From: Lytechinus pictus
Lineage: Eukaryota
Assembly: GCF_037042905.1 (NCBI RefSeq)
Contig: NC_087250.1
Coordinates: 5,334,001 to 5,398,000 of the forward strand
Length of the DNA: 64,000 nucleotides
Reading direction: 5' to 3'
A program made the position numbers and the translations under genes. The notes beneath the pieces were generated by a model. That model did no database searches and was not told where the DNA came from. It saw only the letters and a list, made by a program, of their open reading frames with translations. Numbering within the stretch: the stretch's first letter is position 1; every line of letters begins with the position of its first letter. Positions 53,801-64,000 of the stretch are shown here, in pieces.

Positions 53801-56059
53801 CATCTTGTTCCCTGTTTCCCTGTCTTGTTGCAACTCATCCTGCGTCACCAGCCGAGAGACACCCCTTTCCAGTTGATCCTTCATTTGCCGACAGTAGACC
53901 TCCCATTCCTTTGGGCGATTTCTGAACTGGTTCTCAAGGCTCTTCTGTCTCTTTACAGCGTACTCATAGTTATCTGGTAACCCTTCTGGAGATCGCTTCC
54001 AGGGTAAGCGGATCTCATAAGAACCATCTGGTAGTTGATTGACACTCTTCATCATGGATTCAGTAGCTCCTTTCTCATCATCAGAAATGCACTTGCATTT
54101 CCTGGGTTCCAAGCCAGCCGTCTCGAGTCCAATGAACTCCTCTAGGGATCCTGAAGCGACCACGTTAACGTAGTTAAGAAGTGGTGCTGTGTTAGATGGA
54201 CCTCCTTGAATAAACCAACCTAGGGGACATCTTACCGCAACTGGTTCATCGGGTCTGCCTCCTCTGATATATTCCTCCCAGACCATAAGGTGAGTATTGT
54301 CCACTCCAAGTAATATATCAATTACTGGTGATGAGGCTTCATCAATATTTACACCTGTCAGGTGGTCATAGGATTTCAGCTGCTCAGGAGTAATGACAGG
54401 TATATCTCCACAGGGTTTCTCGATCTCAATGGCTCTCAAGGGATATGAACAATTTCCTTGGCTATCCTCGATTTCACATTCCAGGATCCTCAGCTTGCGT
54501 TTGATGATGCTTCCACCTACAAGGCTCAGGTCATGGTCCTGGTAACAGTCGCCATCAATTCTGGAAAAGATTCCTGTTCTTACGAGGGTGGCCTGACTAC
54601 CCCCATCTATCAGGATGCGTACAGGGTGTCGTTTGTTACCACATCGCAGAAAACCCATCACAGTTGGTAAGGTAGCCTGCAGTTTCCCTACTTCTGTGCT
54701 TGTAGAAGATTGAACTGAGCTGTTGGAATGCATGGGTCTCACAATGTCTTCTTGATTAGCACTGACTCTTCGACTCTGATATCTGGCATCATCATGGGCT
54801 TTGGTACAAATGGCGGGAAAGTGCTCATCACTACCACACATCTGGACTCGACATGGTGACCTGAACTGGCACTTACTGTGGTCATAAGGTGGCTTGCCTG
54901 AGATACAGTTATTATGGCCACACCTGAAGCAGATGTTGTTAGACTTCATCACATCAAATTTCTCCTTTAGCACAAGAGACCTGAATTTATTGCATGTTTT
55001 CAGATAATGAGATGAGGTCTTTGGGTGCAGAGGGCACTTTGGGATGTGTGCAGTTGATGTATCCTCCCTCGACATGGCTGCGTTGAAGGACTTTGAAACT
55101 CTCTTTGTAGGTTCCAAGCTTTCAGATGTAGTAGATTTTGATTTCTCAATTAGGATGTGCTGTTGATATAGCCATTTGCTGAGTCCTGAGAGGGAATCAT
55201 CAGTATTGTCATCGCGAACACCTTTGTAATACAGAATCCTATGTTCCTCTGGGAGCTTCAACTTGATTTGGCTCAGCATAATCCTGCTATTCATCTCACC
55301 TGCTAAACCAATCGTCTCTGCTTGGCATTCAAAATTCTGAAGAACCTGGATGAAGTTTGCCATTGCAGGAAGATTAACCTTTCCTTTACTCTCATATGGC
55401 TTGAGACTATCCAAATCCTGTAGCAGTCTGTCAACTACTCGGTCTTTGTCATCAAAGCGTTGGTCTAGCATCTCCCATGCTCTTGCTACACTCGAACAGC
55501 TTTTGACCAAGTTTCTTTCCTTCTGAGACATCATTGATTCTGACAACTGGAAGAAACATTCAATCTCCGACAGTTCCTTCGTACAATGTTGGAACATTTC
55601 CTTGAATCTCTGATATTCCCTGATATCTCCATTGAATGTTGGGAATTTAAGTCTCGCCATCCTGGGAGCACAGGCACCTGCAGATTGATTCCGAGAGGTA
55701 GGAGCAGGAGAGCTTGGAGGAGTAGTTGACTGTTGATTGGATGCTTGGTTGATTGATGATGGCGACAGCTGTTTGCTGAGGATTTTCCTACCATCATTAA
55801 TCTTCTGGACAAAGTCTGCCTCACAGTTGACCATCCAGGTTTCCTCTGCTTCAAATTCAACGTCGTTCTCTATTACCTGTACAAGCTCTGCGTGCGTCTC
55901 TTCTACCCTTGCGAACTGTTCCTCGGCCTTGTCGATGTACTGCTTGAGGAGACTAGTATCTGCAGAGTCATTGGAGAGGTTGACAATAGCTGTTAATGTC
56001 CTCGTCAATTGTCCCTTCAGATTGCGCCTCGAAACCTTTAGAGCCTTTGTGTCAGCCAT
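50834..56059 (-). CDS. BEL/Pao Gag-Pol polyprotein (Gag, Cys/His knuckles, protease, RT, RNase H, integrase)
   Basis: RLKFPTFNGD (Gag); ILIDGGSQATL (protease); FLPHFAV, ADISKMF and FYMDD (RT); HGFSDAS and WTDSM (RNase H); H..HGGH..CIPC, VDYLGP, SDNATCF and GAVERMV (integrase). The order PR-RT-RH-IN and these motifs fit BEL/Pao. First ATG at 56059. Confidence 0.96.
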   Translation of the reverse strand: MADTKALKVSRRNLKGQLTRTLTAIVNLSNDSADTSLLKQYIDKAEEQFARVEETHAELVQVIENDVEFEAEETWMVNCEADFVQKINDGRKILSKQLSPSSINQASNQQSTTPPSSPAPTSRNQSAGACAPRMARLKFPTFNGDIREYQRFKEMFQHCTKELSEIECFFQLSESMMSQKERNLVKSCSSVARAWEMLDQRFDDKDRVVDRLLQDLDSLKPYESKGKVNLPAMANFIQVLQNFECQAETIGLAGEMNSRIMLSQIKLKLPEEHRILYYKGVRDDNTDDSLSGLSKWLYQQHILIEKSKSTTSESLEPTKRVSKSFNAAMSREDTSTAHIPKCPLHPKTSSHYLKTCNKFRSLVLKEKFDVMKSNNICFRCGHNNCISGKPPYDHSKCQFRSPCRVQMCGSDEHFPAICTKAHDDARYQSRRVSANQEDIVRPMHSNSSVQSSTSTEVGKLQATLPTVMGFLRCGNKRHPVRILIDGGSQATLVRTGIFSRIDGDCYQDHDLSLVGGSIIKRKLRILECEIEDSQGNCSYPLRAIEIEKPCGDIPVITPEQLKSYDHLTGVNIDEASSPVIDILLGVDNTHLMVWEEYIRGGRPDEPVAVRCPLGWFIQGGPSNTAPLLNYVNVVASGSLEEFIGLETAGLEPRKCKCISDDEKGATESMMKSVNQLPDGSYEIRLPWKRSPEGLPDNYEYAVKRQKSLENQFRNRPKEWEVYCRQMKDQLERGVSRLVTQDELQQDRETGNKMWFLPHFAVVKDSKTTPVRVVYDGKAKFQGHSLNDYLIKGENVNSNLFEVALRFRENEVGVIADISKMFQAIKIPPDDARFHRFVFRENPNYPMQVYELRTVTFGDKPSPTAAIVTLRHVASEHAPDEDKLQKVITEQFYMDDLNESVRTTEEALELKSKLTDTLKKGNFNIRKWQSNVKKVCDETENTETATVLGTSWDLSKDTLSVKKVKPSDDTTLTKRKILAQTASYYDVFGMLSGLLVRPKILLQMLWQIDLDWDSPIDKSSELYAMMSKINRDLDKMDGIEIPRCLIPEPYRGKRPLPTAYMHGFSDASEDAMGFTVWLRWSHTDSQQAHLSFVCARSRVTPLKQTSMPRKELQALLLLSRLMYTIRSALRLNIEGWKIWTDSMTVISWLRGQSKTFRSYVAHRVGEITSEFDPYSDIAYVPTDENAADLISRGGDVTDMQEVIDGPGFLRLPPQSWPKTPENIPVKPGDPERKKFHSRNSKTFALSVNAVSKNSPIVDATKLSSWSRLQMVTARVLSLKELPRNQWLKQLIRQISEWPSQRMIKEAELYWVRQAQKGIYFQDPNIQKLSPFFDEDQQVYRVGGRLGRAPLSYDVRHPYLLPKNSHISFLLVRDRHLHALHGGHLRTANEVRKRIWIVGDMNIARRVVRCCIPCRRYRGRPAHQRMADLPEFRISPCSPPFKTTLVDYLGPVMVKLNRNTTTKGYCALFTCAVTRAVHLTVVQDLSTQAFLQALERFVSVRGAPAMMVSDNATCFRGADNTINELNLKLNQTQVREHCQRFKIEWKFGPPGGPHHQGAVERMVQEVKKAMRHLVKADRLTFVEWETIFCRISGLINSRPLTAMSSSPMDHPPITPNHFLIGRGELTCPDIPCEDYKGDPRKRRELCNKMVDGFWHRWLGYIHKLTPRQKWQHSAENMEKNDIVLVIGDDKRRGSWKMAEVVDTKPGQDGLVRIVEVKFADGTCANRPITKLVSLMKREERSDI

Positions 56060-56096
56060 CTTGCGTTGATAATATACAACCAAGTTGTTGAAGAAC

Positions 56097-56433
56097 TGTT
56101 AAGACCGTGTCAGCATATACCACGTTGTCACAATAACCACAAAGGAGGCGTATTCTAAAATTAGCTTCCTTTTAATACTTGGAAGTATCTCAGTAGCGGT
56201 GCTAGCTTGTAGCATATATTCAACAACTGTGTGTGAATCCTTCAGTTTTGTATTAAAAAAACGAAGAAAACTCGGGATCGACCAAGGTCGATGTACCTTC
56301 GAACGGTCTTGTTTTAGCTGTGACCTTGCTTTGACCTTGAAGGGTAATTAGTCTAAACTCAAGTACATGCAAAAAACCAAACATTTCAAAAGGCAACAAT
56401 ATCTGAATATCAAAACTATGTCATTCTATGACA
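56097..56433 (-). repeat. 5' LTR (337 bp)
   Basis: Direct repeat of 50304-50639; ATTAAA on the - strand at 56171-56176. Confidence 0.96.
56219..56262 (-). promoter_or_regulatory. Predicted LTR core promoter (TATA-like box and initiator, +1 about 56228)
   Basis: The - strand reads TTTTTAATACAAAA, then CAGTT about 28 nt after the TAATA start; this lies upstream of the ATTAAA signal. Confidence 0.5.
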
Positions 56434-59400
56434 GTCGACTGTCCAACAACTCTCCAACTAACAAGTTTCCAACGTTGCCAACGTCGTGTCATTGTTGATT
56501 GTCCATCATCTTTCCATCAAACTAGTTTCCAACGTCGATTCAACGTTAATCCATCAAGTTTTTCCAACGTCCAACGACTTTCAAGTTTCCAACGTGGAGC
56601 CAACGTTGGCTTGTTACCTGGGATTGTATGTAAGGTGATTGAATTATTCGTTGAGCGTAATTATCAAATGAATTACAAGGAAAGAGGATCTTCTGGCAGG
56701 ACCCCTGTCGATACGATCGATAAACTTGACAATACATAATCCAGTCTAGTCCTATACCCGTGTTTCATCATCATCTGCTGTAATCTTCAAAGGGCTCTGC
56801 AGCCTATCACGAAGATGAACTGAAACTTGGACGCACGTTATGAGGAGGAGTGAGGAATATTTTCAAGGTGATTTTGCAGAAGCTTTTGAAAGCTGTCAAG
56901 CGAGACTGCATTAACTATTTGGAAAGGGAGTTTATTCAATTCAGGTACAGATCGTTGGGCAAAGGCAAATTTGTCAATATTGCCTCTTGGACGATATGTC
57001 TGAAAACACTTGTGATTTTTCCTAGTGACAGTGGTGCTTAAAGAGAAGAATTTGTCTTGGGGTATTGCAGCAAGGTCATTTACAATCCTTTACACCATGC
57101 TGAGTCTGCTTACAGTGCGTCGAGAAGACAGACTAGGCCACTTCAGATTGGTGAGCATGCTGGTTACGCTGCTGGTTCTACTGTAATCAGCTAAGACATA
57201 GCGAGCCGCTTGCCTTAATTTGGATTCTTTCCAAATTCTGTGTATCCATGATAGAGTTTCTGTGTCCGTAGAACTATTTCAGGTCCAAACTAGCGACACG
57301 GCTGTCCATACACGTTATTATGATCCGCAAATGGCTGCAATTTTATAAATTTTGCAAAGATAATTCTTTATATTGTTCTACCTTTATGTCATTCTATGTT
57401 ACATATCATAATTTTTCATTTCCTTTGGTTTTGTATTGATTTTGTTTATTTATTTATTTATTTTGTTTTATTTATTTTATACTGCAGGGTAGGCCTGTTC
57501 AGTTCTTAAAACTGCTTTACAAAGGCGCCCTGCAGTTTAAAATACATGTCAAGATAACTATGAACAACAACAACAAACAACATCAAAAATACAAAATACA
57601 AAATATCTAACATCAGAAACAATTAACACCAAAATATAGAGTGGGAAGTGACAATTTAAACATACATAGCATTGTAAATCAATGGAATATCATTTCGCTC
57701 TTTATCAATTCGTATGAAAGGCTTGCTCGGTGTGGTCGGAGATTTCCTTGATCACCAGGCAAACCAGCGTGTGCAATTGTTAATGTACACATATCCTATG
57801 GGGCCATCCTAATTCTGTGTTACAGATATTGGAATTGAACAGGAGCTAAATCACATGGTAATAGTGTGAGTGGTTATTTGGTAAATTTGATGTTCTCAAC
57901 TTATTTAGCACATAGGCTTAGCAAGTCACAAGTCGAATGAAGTGAAGGCTCTCGACAGCTGGCGAGGATTCAGGGGGGGGGGGGGTTATGCGATTGTGGC
58001 AGAGGTGCGTTCACACCCAATAAGAATTAAAATCTAGGTAAAAAAAAAAAATTAGATCCAAGTTTTAAATGGTGCCGCTCGCCGGCGCGGCCGGCCCGTG
58101 GCCGTACTGGTATAGCCTATATAGGCTTAGATCTATCATAAATTATCTTTGACTTTGCGCACCCACGTGAAATGAGCCATGGCATAGCTCTCCCTATTAA
58201 AAAAAGATTGAATGTCCAAATTGGGGGGAGACGATATAATGCTCTTCATTTGTGTGCGATTATGAAGTTCGTTTTGCTTTTATTTTTCTGAGTTATTTTT
58301 TAAAACAAATTACTATTTAGCATCCTATAAATTTTGACACTGAATCTGCAATAGCATCGGTGTTATTGGGGTAAATACATTTAATTATTGTTGATAATGT
58401 CTCTTAATCTGTTTTTTGAAAAATATTGTCGTACCACATAAAGTTAAGAGTCTAGTCACACCTAACCTTAAATAGCATGTAAAGGTTAGAGGTCTCTTCA
58501 TTAGAAAAAAATATAGGCGAATATGTAATGGACCTCATCAATCCCAAGTATTTTTCTGCCTTGAATCTCATATTAAAGTTCCATTGAACAAAGGTCACAG
58601 TCCAGAAATAGTTGGCAGTTTGATGGGGATGCAATTTGCTGCAGTTATGAATTAGGAGCCTATTCATATCTTTTTATTAATTTGATCGTGGCTTTTAACC
58701 GGCAAGGTATCCAAGCGCTATTGGGTTCGAAAAAACTTTTCTTTTTATATTTGAATAAAAAAAAAATTATTGAAAAAACTGTTTTACTATTCGTATGGTT
58801 AATGTGTTAATGACCGTCTTGTTTATAATCAAGTGAAAATTATATGAATTAACGAACATGATTGGTATATTTGATTATTCTCCTTTATGAAATGTCAACA
58901 ATATTCATTGACAGTGGAGTATTTTTCAATGATCACTGTGTAAATCTACATATTTTCTTTGCTACATGTATATCAATGTGATATTATTAATATTTTAATT
59001 TCAGACTATGGATATTTGAACAATATGCAGAAGAAGACGGGTCTGGAACTAGAAAGCTAGGCTCTGACTGGTCTACTACAGAAAGGAATGTGCCAGCGGC
59101 CAATCTAATGAACATGTGGCAGAAGATTTGGCCATGTGTGAAGAAATACTGAGATTGAAATGCTACCACAGGTAAAATGTAGACTAGTAAAATGCGATAA
59201 TGATTACAAATTAAATAATGAAGGATATTTTTTTGGTTGCAGAATGTTAAATCATTAAAACCCACTTCAATGACAATGAAATCAGACTTTGACCAGATTT
59301 TCTAGTTAAAGTCAGTTTGTAATGCAAACATTACATAAACATGAAAGACATATAAAAAAATCAATATGTTTTACATGTTAGCTGCAGGGTCAGCGGAACG

Positions 59401-60813
59401 GTTATGAAAGTGAGGGGGCTGAGCCGAAAGTGGAGGGGGGGGGGGAACTGACCATGCAAAAAATCATTAGCAGATGGTCAATTTTAAATTTTTGTACATG
59501 GTTTCGGAAAACAATGCGGGGGCTGAAAAATGTAAAATGACCATCTGGTTATGATGTTTTGCATGGTCAGCTTGCTCACTTTAAAAACTGTTCTGCTGAC
59601 CATGCAGCTAACATGCACCCCCCGTTTCCGTAGCCCCTGCTCTCACCCCTCAATCCATTTATCACTACTTTCTCATGTGTATGTACATACAAGCAACATT
59701 GTGAGGAATAATTTCTCTATTTAAATTTCTCAGCCTGAGCATGTCATTTATTATTGTTTTTATTTTTGATTAACATAATAAAAACTTGAACCCTTTATTT
59801 ACCCCCTTCTATATGAAACCTGTATGGTTATCAAAAGATGTTTTATTTCCTGTTTTAGACATGTACATATACATGTGAGAATAAATACAAGATTATGGCA
59901 AATATTTTGATAAGTTATTTCAATGCTATTTTTCCTTCAGGTGGAGGCTTCACCCAAACTTTTCAGACAGACATGAGATACAAAGTTACCCAAGTATAAA
60001 TGGTTGAAGGTTTAGGAGAGCCATACAAGAAGGCAGGAAATGTGATGTCACTTGTAAGGTAAAACACTTTTAATTATTACTGCCGCATTTTGGCGAAGAA
60101 AGTAAAGTCACATTAAAAAATATGAAATTACCGGTACTGTTCTCCTCTTTATTTGGTCTTCTACAGTCAATATTTGAAAACAATGACATCTATAAGTGCT
60201 TAGATGCTTAAATTAGATGCTAAATAATTATAGCAGGGCCCGCTGGTAGAACAGTTTTCGAAACTGAAGTGGCTACCCTGGGTAAATATACCTATATTAT
60301 TATTATTATTATTATTATAAATTATTAATGGTGATATTTCTTGGACAGTTGTAAAACAGCCAATATCAATCAATGCTAGATGGTGTGACTGGCTTTCTAT
60401 TGTGGAACCAAGACCCCCCCCCCCCCCGCGCCTGTATGACAGTGATTTAACGGTGGACGTTATAGAGCCATTTGAAGGTTATAAATGAAGAGCCCCTTCT
60501 GCGTGGGGTCTGGAGCAAAGCCCCGGTAGCTTATTTGCATACAATTTAGCAAGCTTATATCACAATGTTATATGCAGTCTCTTTCCTGCTCTTTAATTTC
60601 AATCATCAGCAGCCCGGTCGTGTTATTATTTCTTTTCTTGTCCCTTTTCTTTGCTCCAATTTAGCTTTTGACTAATTACATTCTACCTTCGTTTCCCGCT
60701 ATTGTCATCCCATTTTGTCATCTTTTAATTTATTTCCCATCATGCTATTGCATTACATAGGCCTATTTCGGAATGATTTGTTCTTTCTAAAATGTTCTTC
60801 TTTTGTACTTTGT

Positions 60814-63115
60814 CCCAGATAGCAAAGTATCTGGGGCCCATATGGGAATCATGTGGGCCTACTGGGGCCCATATGTACCATGTAAAACCCATATGTGGCC
60901 CATATGGTCTGTCCCACCTAGAACCCAGATAATAAAACCATATGGGCCCCATGTGGTATCTATATGGGCGATGTGGTCTTATTTCAGGGTCGACCGAGCC
61001 CAGATAGAAACATATAAAACCCATATGGGGCCCATATGGGTTTTCCCACCTAGAACCCACATAATAAAACCATATGGGCCCCATGTGGTATCTATATGGG
61101 CGAAGTGGCATAATTATGGATCGACTGAGCCCAGATAGAAACATATAAAACCCATATGGGGCCTATATGGGTTTTCCCACCTAGAACCCACATAATAAAA
61201 CCATATGGGCCCCATGTGGTATCTATATGGGCGAAGTGGCATAATTATGGATCGCCTGAGCCCATATAGGAACATATAAAACCCATATGGGGCCCATATG
61301 GGTTTTCCCACCTAGAACCCACATAATAAAACCATATGGGCCCCATGTGGTATCTATATGGGCGAAGTGGCATAATTATGGATCGACTGAGCCCAGATAG
61401 AAACATATAAAACCCATATGGGGCCTATATGGGTTTTCCCACCTAGAACCCACATTATAAAACCATATGGGCCCCATGTGGTATCTATATGGGCGAAGTG
61501 GCATAATTATGGATCGCCTAAGCCCAGATAGAAACATATAAAACCCATATGGGGCCTATATGGGTTTTCCCACCTAGAACCCACATAATAAAACCATATG
61601 GGCCCCATGTGGTATCTATATGGGCGAAGTGGCATAATTATGGATCGACTGAGCCCAGATAGAAACATATAAAACCCATATGGGGCCTATATGGGTTTTC
61701 CCACCTAGAACCCACATAATAAAACCATATGGGCCCCATGTGGTATCTATATGGGCGAAGTGGCATAATTATGGATCGCCTGAGCCCATATAGGAACATA
61801 TAAAACCCATATGGGGCCCATATGGGTTTTCCCACCTAGAACCCACATAATAAAACCATATGGGCCCCATGTGGTATCTATATGGGCGAAGTGGCATAAT
61901 TATGGATCGACTGAGCCCAGATAGAAACATATAAAACCCATATGGGGCCAGCATATGGGTTTTCCCACCTAGAACCCACATAATAAAACCATATGGGCCC
62001 CATGTGGTATCTATATGGGCGAAGTGGCATAATTATGGATCGACTGAGCCCAGATAGAAACATATAAAACCCATATGGGCCCCATGTGGTATCTATATGG
62101 GCGAAGTGGCATAATTATGGATCGACTGAGCCCAGATAGAAACATATAAAACCCATATGGGTTTTCCCACCTAGAACCCACATAATAAAACCATATAGGC
62201 CCCATGTGGTATCTATATGGGCGAAGTGGCATAATTATGGATCGACTGAGCCCAGATAGAAACATATAAAACCCATATGGGGCCCATATGGGTTTTCCCA
62301 CCTAGAACCCACATGATAAAACCATATGGGCCCCATGTGGTATGTATATTGGTGAAGTGGCATAATTATGGATCGACTGAGCCCAGATAGAAACATATAA
62401 AACCCACATAGGGCCCATATGGGTCCTCCCACGAATCCATATAATAAAACGATATGGGCCCCATGTTGTTTCCATATGGGCGGTGTGGCTTATCGCCTGA
62501 TCCCAGATAGAGACATATCTAACCCATATGGGGCCTATATGGGTCTTCCCAACTAGAACCTACGAAGTAAAACCATATGGGCCCCACTTTGTATGTATAT
62601 AGGATCGCTTGAGCCCAGAAAGATATGGGCCCTATATATTGGTCCTACCTGAAACAAAAAAAATAAGTAAACCATATGGGCCCTATGCGCCATCTATAGG
62701 GGCGGTGTGATTTAAAACCATATGGGCCCCACTTTGTATGTATATGGGATCGCTTGAGCCCAGAAAAATATTGGCCCTATATATTGGTCCTACCTGAAAC
62801 AAAAAAAATAAGTAAACCATATGGGCCCCATGCGCCATCTATAGGGGCGATGTGATTTATCGCCTGAGCCCAGATAGAGACATATCAAACCCATATGGGG
62901 CCCATATGGGTCCTCCCACGAACCCACATTATAAAACCATATGGGCCCCATGTGGTATCTATATGGGCGATGTGTCTCATCGCCTGAGCCCAGATAGAAA
63001 CATATCAAACCCATATTGGCCCCATCTGGGTTCTACCTAGAACCTTTGAAATAAAGCCATAGGCTCCATGTGGTATCTATATGGGCGGTGTGGCTTATCG
63101 ACTAAGCCAAGATTG
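60814..63115. repeat. 131-bp palindrome-rich satellite (about 17 units) starting at a CCCAG terminus
   Basis: CCCACCTAGAACCC at 61045, 61176 and 61307; the unit has CCCATATGGG and GGGCCC palindromes; the array begins CCCAGATAGCAA. Confidence 0.9.
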
Positions 63116-64000
63116 AGACATATTCATCATCATCATCCGTTAAAGTACAGTCCACCAGGGCCCCGTTGCATAAAATTTTTGCCAGAGTTTTTTACGGCAA
63201 AAAATCAGGAAACTACGGCAAAAAAAAAATTGCCGGAGTTTTCCATTGCATAAAACTTTGCCGGATTTTTTTACGGCAAAACTAGCTCCTGTACCAACGG
63301 CAAAGTCCTAAAAACTCCGGCTAAACTATTTCAAACTAAATTCAAGGCGGCTGCTCAGGATATGTTCCAAGTACCATATACAGTATTCACCTGTCTACGG
63401 CTTCAAGAATAATTAGAAGGGTGACATAAGCCTTGTATCGGCTACGCAATAAGGTAATTACAGAAAATTTCATTTAATTTAGCAATGATAGGGCCTAGGA
63501 AGGTCTAGATTTTAAGTGAAGTGGGGGGAAGAATAGTTGGTGGTTTAAATATCTAAAATTTATTAATCCTGTGACAGCTCAATAATAAAAATCTTTTTAG
63601 ATAGAATCTAGTTCTAGTTTAAGTAAATCTATATGTTTATAGTGTTTTTGAAAAGTTATGCTGTGAATAGAGCGATGCAGTTGGACTTAACCCTTTAAAT
63701 TACTCAAAACATAAGGCTTTAAAGTTGAACTTGAACTTAGACAGTCTGCTCTTTTTTTTGCTACCGTGACCATTATCGCCAGAGCCTCCGGCTGGCGAGT
63801 TGGCCGCTGGATCAACCTCTATGCGATATGCGACGATGTGTTGTTGGAGTACCTCCTAAGCCGCCTCTATTTTTGCTGTTTTTTTACCATTTAACCATCT
63901 TTATAAATCAAAATATTTACAAGTTCTATAAAACATTCCAAGAAATACTACCCTAAATCAACTGAAATACTCAGAAGTATGAGCTAACCTTATTTTAACG

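Larger units (their letters stand above)
50304..56433 (-). mobile_element. Full-length BEL/Pao LTR retrotransposon
   Basis: Two TG...CA LTRs, 6-bp TSD GTCGAC (50298-50303 and 56434-56439), uninterrupted gag-pol ORF and a polypurine tract. Confidence 0.97.
45189..56622. mobile_element. CMC/EnSpm-like non-autonomous element (about 5.3 kb without the BEL insert) with CAACGTTG subterminal arrays
   Basis: AT|CCCAGGTAACAA ... TTGTTACCTGGG|AT: 12-bp perfect TIR, about 30 bp imperfect, 2-bp flank duplication. CAACGTTG arrays at 45200-45710, 46155-46335, 49090-50303 and 56434-56610. Confidence 0.75.

Noticed and set aside
56065..56082. TGGTTGTATATT as a tRNA primer-binding site
   Set aside because: The TGG starts 14 nt from the LTR end, too far for a normal PBS, and I do not recognise a tRNA 3' complement. 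A database check is still needed.
60740..63040. Repetitive ORFs such as PYGPHMG
   Set aside because: They are products of a 131-bp satellite whose period is not a multiple of three.

Overview
This is AT-rich, repeat-dominated animal genomic DNA. The repeat families suggest an echinoderm, probably a sea urchin (inference). There is one clear host gene, a single-exon alpha-1,3-fucosyltransferase (GT10) at 19291-20469 (-). An intact BEL/Pao LTR retrotransposon (50304-56433, -) has near-identical LTRs and a GTCGAC target duplication. It sits inside a CCCAG-terminated CMC/EnSpm-like element (45189-56622), which also carries a 627-bp palindrome. A decayed PAT-like tyrosine-recombinase retroelement (32259-38503) retains apparently identical split direct repeats. 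The window also holds a TU-like foldback element, many MITEs, SINE and LINE fragments and several satellites. Most notable: the BEL/Pao element has no tRNA-type primer-binding site. Instead, the 10 nt at that position are exactly complementary to the predicted first 10 nt of its own transcript, which suggests Tf1-style self-priming in a superfamily usually described as tRNA-primed. All alignments were done by eye.
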